Source of the DNA: Candidatus Hadarchaeales archaeon
GTDB taxonomy: Archaea; Hadarchaeota; Hadarchaeia; Hadarchaeales; Hadarchaeaceae
NCBI GenBank assembly: GCA_038823825.1
Contig: JAWBCC010000003.1
Span: 1 to 32,000 of the forward strand
DNA length: 32,000 nt
Direction of reading: 5' to 3'
Positions 27,021 through 32,000 of the stretch are shown one piece after another (within the stretch, counting starts at the first letter, position 1; each line of letters opens with the position of its first letter). Both the position numbers and the translations under genes were made by a program. The notes under the pieces are model-generated. The model was given only the letters and a program-made list of their open reading frames with translations. It was not told the origin of the DNA and did not search any database.

Positions 27021-28331
27021 ATGGAAGCAAGCTGGCTCTCTGACATTCTGCCCAAAAGTATACTTTCTCAGTTATCTGTGGTCAAACCAGCCATTCGAAG
27101 ATCCGTCTCTCTTTGTCTTCTCTGCAGAGGAGGACGCGGACTTTGTGGAAAGAAAAGTTGTCCAGTTCTGCTCAGAGTCCAATATTTGGCCAAAACTTCG
27201 CTGAGAATAACTTCGCCAGAGATTCACGGTTCATCTCCACCAGGCGTCTTCGTTGGCAGGATAGGTTACCCGAAAGTCTACGTCGGGCCGATGGTTCCGC
27301 CATTCACCGGCGATACGGCTATACTCGATACGCCGGAACGATGGCTCGGAAAGGAACTGCAGGAAATCGTAGATTACCGGTTTGCGCTTATAAGAGGAAA
27401 AGTCCGTGCCGATGTGCATTCAACCGAGAGCGAGTTCATCAGACAGATGCAAGAGCTCGCCATGGGTAAATCTCCAGCCGAATCTGAGGTGGTTCTTGAG
27501 AGGATTCCCAAAATGATTCTTACGCTGGGTAGCGACATTCAGCCATTTGGTCCTTCAGCCCCGATGAAAAATTTTCATCTTTGTTCGAACATTTACACCG
27601 ATTGGCGGATAGAAAAAGCTCACGCGGATAAAGATTTGCGGGCTGCCGAGGCCGTGATAGAACTTTATGAACGCGGAGTCATGGTAAGCGCTATCCAGAG
27701 AACCTTCAGTTTGGGAATGTTTGGTCTGAAATCGCAGAGAAAGCTCGTTCCGACTAGGTGGAGCATAACAGCTGTTGATTCAATAATCTCCCAGCATCTT
27801 ATCGAGAAAATAAAGGAGTTTCCGACTATAGACGAGTTCAGGGTCTATACTTTCTCTCATATGGACAACAGGTTTGCGGCTATTTTGATGCCAGAGAAGA
27901 AATGGAGCTTTGAATGGATTGAAGCCTGGTTCCCTGGAACAACATGGAATCCAGAAAAAATCGGCCGTCCAGCTGTGATGGGAGACTACGAAACCTATGA
28001 AGGTCGAACAACATATCCGGACATTGGCGGTTGTTATTATGCTTGCAGACTGGCGGTAGCCGAGAGTCTTGCAAATGAGAGAAGGCAAGCGTCGGCCCTC
28101 GTCATGCGCGAAATTCATCCGGGTTATCTTCTCCCAGTCGGCGTTTGGTTTGTAAGGGAATGTGTCAGAAAAATGCTCTCACAGCCACCAGCTGTTTTTG
28201 ACAATTTTGCGAGCGCCTTGCGTCATGCGATGAGCAGTCTCACGATTTCTTTGGACGACTGGGTGAGAGCAAGTTACCTACTGCGTCGCTCGCTGTTTCA
28301 GAAGAGAATTACGGAGTTTTTGAGAAAATGA
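27021..28331 (+). CDS. Nre-family archaeal DNA repair protein
   Basis: Four-Cys N-terminus CLLCRGGRGLCGKKSC, SSPPGVFVGRIGYPKVYVGPM and QREIHPGYL-like MREIHPGYLLPVGVWFVRE. C-terminal QKRITEFLRK resembles a PIP box. Confidence 0.82.
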   Translation: MEASWLSDILPKSILSQLSVVKPAIRRSVSLCLLCRGGRGLCGKKSCPVLLRVQYLAKTSLRITSPEIHGSSPPGVFVGRIGYPKVYVGPMVPPFTGDTAILDTPERWLGKELQEIVDYRFALIRGKVRADVHSTESEFIRQMQELAMGKSPAESEVVLERIPKMILTLGSDIQPFGPSAPMKNFHLCSNIYTDWRIEKAHADKDLRAAEAVIELYERGVMVSAIQRTFSLGMFGLKSQRKLVPTRWSITAVDSIISQHLIEKIKEFPTIDEFRVYTFSHMDNRFAAILMPEKKWSFEWIEAWFPGTTWNPEKIGRPAVMGDYETYEGRTTYPDIGGCYYACRLAVAESLANERRQASALVMREIHPGYLLPVGVWFVRECVRKMLSQPPAVFDNFASALRHAMSSLTISLDDWVRASYLLRRSLFQKRITEFLRK

Positions 28332-29122
28332 CGGAATACTCGCTTGTGAAATGCCGGAAGGCGATTTCTCCAAGCAGACTTCCTGGCCTCGATTACGCAT
28401 TGAACCCCTATGTAGGCTGCGAGCATAGTTGTGCTTACTGCTATTCGCCGGCGGTTCTCCGGAGAGAAGATTACATAAGAAATTGGGGAAACTTCGTTTT
28501 CATCAAGGAAAACCTACCTAGCCTACTTGAGAAGGAAATAGCGAAAATTAAGCCCGGATTCATCGGCATTGGAACAGTATGTGATCCATACCAGCCGGTG
28601 GAGAAAAATGCGGGAATAACGCGGAAATCTCTGGAGATTTTGAAAGACGAAAAGTTCAATCTCTGCATTCAGACGAAGTCGGATCTTGTCCTTAGAGATG
28701 TCGATTTGTTGAATAGGAAAAGGGACGAGATAGGGGTGACGATTACCACGCTTGACAATGACTTGGCCAGAAAGATAGAACCGAGGGCGAGTCCACCAGA
28801 CGCGAGGGCCCAGATTCTTGAAGAGCTTTCCCATCGCCAAGTCAGGAGATGGTTGTTTTTGGGCCCAGTCATCCCGGGAGTGAACGATTCCGAGGAAAGC
28901 CTCTCAGCAGTGATCGAAGTTGCAAAGAAAACCGGCAGTCTGGTGATTTACGACAAGCTGAACCTGAAGCGGGGTGTTGAGGAGAGGCTCTCGAAGGTTT
29001 TGGGGAGTTCTGATTTTCTGAGCTTGCTTACCACCAACTGGTGGGAAAAGACTGCGAGAAAGATCGAGAGAATGTGCAAAGATCAGGGAATTCGTTGCGA
29101 ACCTGCTTTCACGCATGTTTAG
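28328..29122 (+). CDS. SPL-like radical SAM protein
   Basis: LNPYVGCEHSCAYCYSP contains CxxxCxxC. Also IGTVCDPYQPVEK, GVTITTLD and FLGPVIPGVNDSEE. It overlaps the upstream stop by 4 nt (ATGA). Confidence 0.88.
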   Translation: MTEYSLVKCRKAISPSRLPGLDYALNPYVGCEHSCAYCYSPAVLRREDYIRNWGNFVFIKENLPSLLEKEIAKIKPGFIGIGTVCDPYQPVEKNAGITRKSLEILKDEKFNLCIQTKSDLVLRDVDLLNRKRDEIGVTITTLDNDLARKIEPRASPPDARAQILEELSHRQVRRWLFLGPVIPGVNDSEESLSAVIEVAKKTGSLVIYDKLNLKRGVEERLSKVLGSSDFLSLLTTNWWEKTARKIERMCKDQGIRCEPAFTHV

Positions 29123-29167
29123 GCAAGGCTTTAGAAACCCAAAAAGAGAGAAGAAAGGGGTGGTTAG

Positions 29168-30268
29168 CTGGGCGGGAACACCTTTGGTAAGATTTTTAGA
29201 GTAACAACTTGGGGGGAAAGCCACGGTAGGGCTGTAGGAGTTGTTGTGGACGGTGTGCCTGCAGGTCTCCCTCTCTCGGAGGAGGATATCCAGAAAGAGC
29301 TTGACAGGAGGCGCCCAGGCACCTCCGAAGTGGTGAGCCCAAGAGTGGAGAGAGACAGAGTGGAGATTCTCTCAGGAGTTTTCCAGGGCAAGACGATAGG
29401 CACGCCGATCTCTATGCTCGTTTGGAACGAAGATGTGGATTCGGCTCCATATGAAGAAATAAAAACGAAACCGAGGCCCGGGCATGCAGATCTCACTTAC
29501 TGGTTGAAGTTCAGACACGTTGATTATCGCGGAGGTGGTAGGGCTTCTGCTAGGGAGACCGTTGGTAGGGTCGCAGCCGGAGCAATCGCAAAAAAGCTTC
29601 TTTCCCTCAAAGGTGTAAAGATCTTGGGCCATACGGTGGAGGCGGCAGGGATTTCTGTCAGAAGGCAACCAACTCTCGAGGAAATAATGGAAAACGTTGA
29701 GAAGAATCCGATGAGGTGTGCCGACTTGGAGGTCGGGAAAGAGATGATGGAAGCAGTATTGGCCGCTGCAAAGAGAGGGGATAGCACGGGTGGGATAGTC
29801 GAGATAATTGCGATCAACGTTCCACCCGGACTCGGCGAACCGGTCTTCGACAAGCTTGACGCTGAAATAGCTCACGCCATGATGTCGATAGGTGCCGTCA
29901 AAGCTGTGGAGATTGGTGAAGGAAAGAACTTTGCAAGAATGTTTGGCTCGGAAGCTAACGATCCGATCTTCGTGAAGGATGGAAAGATAGTGACGCTCAC
30001 AAACAAGGCTGGGGGAATTCTTGGTGGAATTTCGACTGGTATGCCTATAGTTGTCAGGCTGACAGTAAAGCCTCCAGCCTCGATCGCTTTACCACAACGA
30101 ACAGTAGATCTGGAAACTTTGGAGGAAACGGAAATCAGGCTGAAGGGTAGGTTCGATCCAAATCTTTGTCCCCGTGTGATTCCCGTGGCAGAGGCGATGA
30201 TGGCGATAGTCATAGTAGATCATATGATGAGAGTTGGAGAGATAACTCCTGTCAGGCTGGAGCTATGA
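29168..30268 (+). CDS. aroC: Chorismate synthase, probable non-canonical CTG start
   Basis: The track ORF starts at GTG 29246 ([16 protein letters not shown]) but the same frame upstream encodes the conserved [26 protein letters not shown]. An in-frame TAG at 29165-29167 lies immediately before CTG 29168. Confidence 0.88.
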   Translation: MGGNTFGKIFRVTTWGESHGRAVGVVVDGVPAGLPLSEEDIQKELDRRRPGTSEVVSPRVERDRVEILSGVFQGKTIGTPISMLVWNEDVDSAPYEEIKTKPRPGHADLTYWLKFRHVDYRGGGRASARETVGRVAAGAIAKKLLSLKGVKILGHTVEAAGISVRRQPTLEEIMENVEKNPMRCADLEVGKEMMEAVLAAAKRGDSTGGIVEIIAINVPPGLGEPVFDKLDAEIAHAMMSIGAVKAVEIGEGKNFARMFGSEANDPIFVKDGKIVTLTNKAGGILGGISTGMPIVVRLTVKPPASIALPQRTVDLETLEETEIRLKGRFDPNLCPRVIPVAEAMMAIVIVDHMMRVGEITPVRLEL

Positions 30269-31149
30269 CGAGCCTTTCCGGAGTTGGGTTTGCATGCGCA
30301 TCGGCAACCGTAGTCAACGCGATGAGCACGGGAAAGGGTGCAGCATTTGGCGTGGATCTTTGGCTTGAGGCCAGAGTAAAACTAAGTTCATCTTTCAGAG
30401 GTGTGAAAGGAAGAGTAGTTGGAATGAAGGAATCGCCGAGGCTTATTGAGCTTTGTGTCAAAGAAGTTTTGAAAAAATTTGGAGCGGACAATCTTGGAGC
30501 TAGAGTTATCACATATTCTGATATTCCCGTTGCGGTTGGACTCTCGAGCAGTAGTGCAGCAGCGAACGCGGCAGTCTTAGCAACCCTGATGGCTCTCGGT
30601 GAGAAACTCGAACCGCAGGAAGTTCTTGAAATAGGTGTGAAGGTAGCAATCGAATCAGGAGTGACAGTGACAGGAGCGTTTGATGATGCTGCAGCTTCCT
30701 TGCTCGCCTGCGGCGTTATCACCGATAACGAGGAAAGAAGAATTCTTAAAACCTTCGAGGTAGACCCATCGCTAAAAGTAGCCATCCACATTCCGCGGGG
30801 AAAGAAGCTTTACAGCGGTTCTTTGCGTGGAATGGATTTTTCCTCAATAGCGGAAGGTATAGAAAAGGTTCATCAAATGGCCTTAGAAGGTGAAATTTGG
30901 ACGGCAATGACGTTGAATGGAATTCTTTACGCCTCGGTTCTAAAGCACGATCTCGCCCCGACCTTTTTGGCTCTTTCATCGGGAGTTTCAGCCGCCGGTC
31001 TAACGGGTAAGGGTCCGGCCACGGTAGCTATAGGTACCCCTGAAAAAATAGCGGAAGTGGCTAAGAAATGGAAGAGTTTGGGAGGGAGAATTATAATAAC
31101 ATCGCCGGCCCGGAGGTGGATTTCGGATGAAATCGCAGGAAATCGCTGA
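30265..31149 (+). CDS. Archaeal GHMP-type shikimate kinase
   Basis: [53 protein letters not shown] and [21 protein letters not shown] at 30265 overlaps the aroC TGA. The track start at 30166 is too early. Confidence 0.9.
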   Translation: MTSLSGVGFACASATVVNAMSTGKGAAFGVDLWLEARVKLSSSFRGVKGRVVGMKESPRLIELCVKEVLKKFGADNLGARVITYSDIPVAVGLSSSSAAANAAVLATLMALGEKLEPQEVLEIGVKVAIESGVTVTGAFDDAAASLLACGVITDNEERRILKTFEVDPSLKVAIHIPRGKKLYSGSLRGMDFSSIAEGIEKVHQMALEGEIWTAMTLNGILYASVLKHDLAPTFLALSSGVSAAGLTGKGPATVAIGTPEKIAEVAKKWKSLGGRIIITSPARRWISDEIAGNR

Positions 31150-31915
31150 TCTCAGAAAAAAGATCGATGAAATAGACAAGCAGATCCTAGAGCTTGTGAA
31201 ACGGAGGACCGAAATAGCAAAGGAGATTGCGGAAATAAAACAAAAGAAAAACTTACCTCTGACTGACACGGCGCGTGAGCTTGAGATAATCGCAAGGGCG
31301 AAAGAAACCGCAAAAAACCTCGGAATTGACTCGAGCTTCGCCGAAAGCCTGATCAGGCTTTTGATCGCCCACAGCTGGGAAAAAGAAAGAGAAAGACTCG
31401 AACCACCGGAGGTTTGGAGGATATTAGAAAAGAAATTTAAAGACTATCCAGCACAATTCAAAGTCGTAAGGCTGATGTTGCGATATGGACTCAGGGTAAA
31501 CGAGAATGGAGAGATTTGTTGTGGGCCAATGAAAGTCCCAGCAGTCCAGATAGCCAAAGAAGTCGGGGTGGACAGGCGCGTTGTCGAACAGGTTGCAGAG
31601 AGGATACTTTCTGACGATATGTTAAGAAAAATCTTTTCTGCCCTTGAACCTGTGGCTTATCTGCGCGGAGCAGCGAAGGCGATGGGCATGGGGGTTTTAG
31701 AGATAATCCCGGAGGATGCTACTAGGCCCGGCATCGTCAGGGATGTGGCCGAAAAAATCGCGAAATTTGGTATGAGCATAAGGCAAGTCGTAGCCGATGA
31801 TCCCAAACTTACTCCCCAGCCCAAGTTGACGATAATCACAGACCAACCTCTGCGTGCTGAAGTTTTGGAAGCCCTGCGGGAGCTTCCATACATAAGAAGC
31901 GTGATCATTTACTGA
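31127..31915 (+). CDS. Chorismate mutase (AroQ-type) fused to an HTH/ACT-like amino acid metabolism regulator domain
   Basis: N-terminus: [42 protein letters not shown] (chorismate mutase). C-terminus: VPAVQIAKEVGVDRRVVEQVAERI...GMGVLEIIPEDATRPGIVRDVAEKIAKFGMSIRQVVADDP (ACT regulator-like). Confidence 0.82.
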   Translation: MKSQEIADLRKKIDEIDKQILELVKRRTEIAKEIAEIKQKKNLPLTDTARELEIIARAKETAKNLGIDSSFAESLIRLLIAHSWEKERERLEPPEVWRILEKKFKDYPAQFKVVRLMLRYGLRVNENGEICCGPMKVPAVQIAKEVGVDRRVVEQVAERILSDDMLRKIFSALEPVAYLRGAAKAMGMGVLEIIPEDATRPGIVRDVAEKIAKFGMSIRQVVADDPKLTPQPKLTIITDQPLRAEVLEALRELPYIRSVIIY

Positions 31916-31916
31916 A

Positions 31917-32000
31917 GTGGTGGTTATGAGGCTGAAATTTGGAGACGTCGAACGGGAAGCCTCTGTGAGAAAAGCAGCGGATATGGCAGAAGTCATATTT
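31917..32000 (+). CDS. Partial CDS running off the right edge, product not identifiable
   Basis: Open frame VVVMRLKFGDVEREASVRKAADMAEVIF to the window end. ATG at 31926 or GTG at 31917/31920. Same strand as the chorismate operon. Confidence 0.4.
   Translation, partial: MVVMRLKFGDVEREASVRKAADMAEVIF

Noticed and set aside
1-32000. CRISPR array, rRNA or intact transposase
   Set aside because: No regularly spaced short repeats, rRNA-like stretches or transposase/integrase ORFs were found by eye. The IS607-like HTH at 11716-12426 lacks a serine recombinase domain.

Overview
This 32 kb window looks like an archaeal chromosome segment: archaeal histone, GHMP-type shikimate kinase, Nre-family protein, NikR, 4-nt ATGA gene overlaps and TTTATA-like promoter boxes. 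It carries mostly housekeeping and metabolic genes plus a few accessory islets. From left to right it contains: (i) a giant CDS, open at the left edge, with a CGTase-like GH13 catalytic core (plus TIG and CBM20-like domains). A three-domain beta-sandwich-like block appears duplicated en bloc, with the second copy lying inside the catalytic domain. (ii) An archaeal histone with a strong Shine-Dalgarno sequence. (iii) An M29-like aminopeptidase. (iv) glmS, which the supplied track labels as + but is on the - strand. (v) A minus-strand cluster of HTH/degenerate-HNH zinc-finger protein, ExeA/TnsC-like AAA+ ATPase and small HTH protein, behind a duplicated operator-like region. (vi) A PHP hydrolase, divergent hypE and hypF, and nikR with all Ni ligands. 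(vii) An untracked 41-aa Cys-rich desulforedoxin-like ORF and an LLM/F420-type oxidoreductase. (viii) An islet with a YwgA/Panacea-like protein plus PIN protein (candidate toxin-antitoxin pair), a decayed adenine-methylase-like C-terminus and tRNA-Ser(UGA). (ix) A membrane-anchored beta-propeller protein, carAB, nre plus a radical SAM gene, and a shikimate/chorismate operon. The chorismate synthase there lacks a canonical start codon for its conserved N-terminus, and the chorismate mutase is fused to an ACT/HTH-like regulator domain. No CRISPR array, rRNA or intact transposase was seen. All homology statements come from motif recognition, not database searches.
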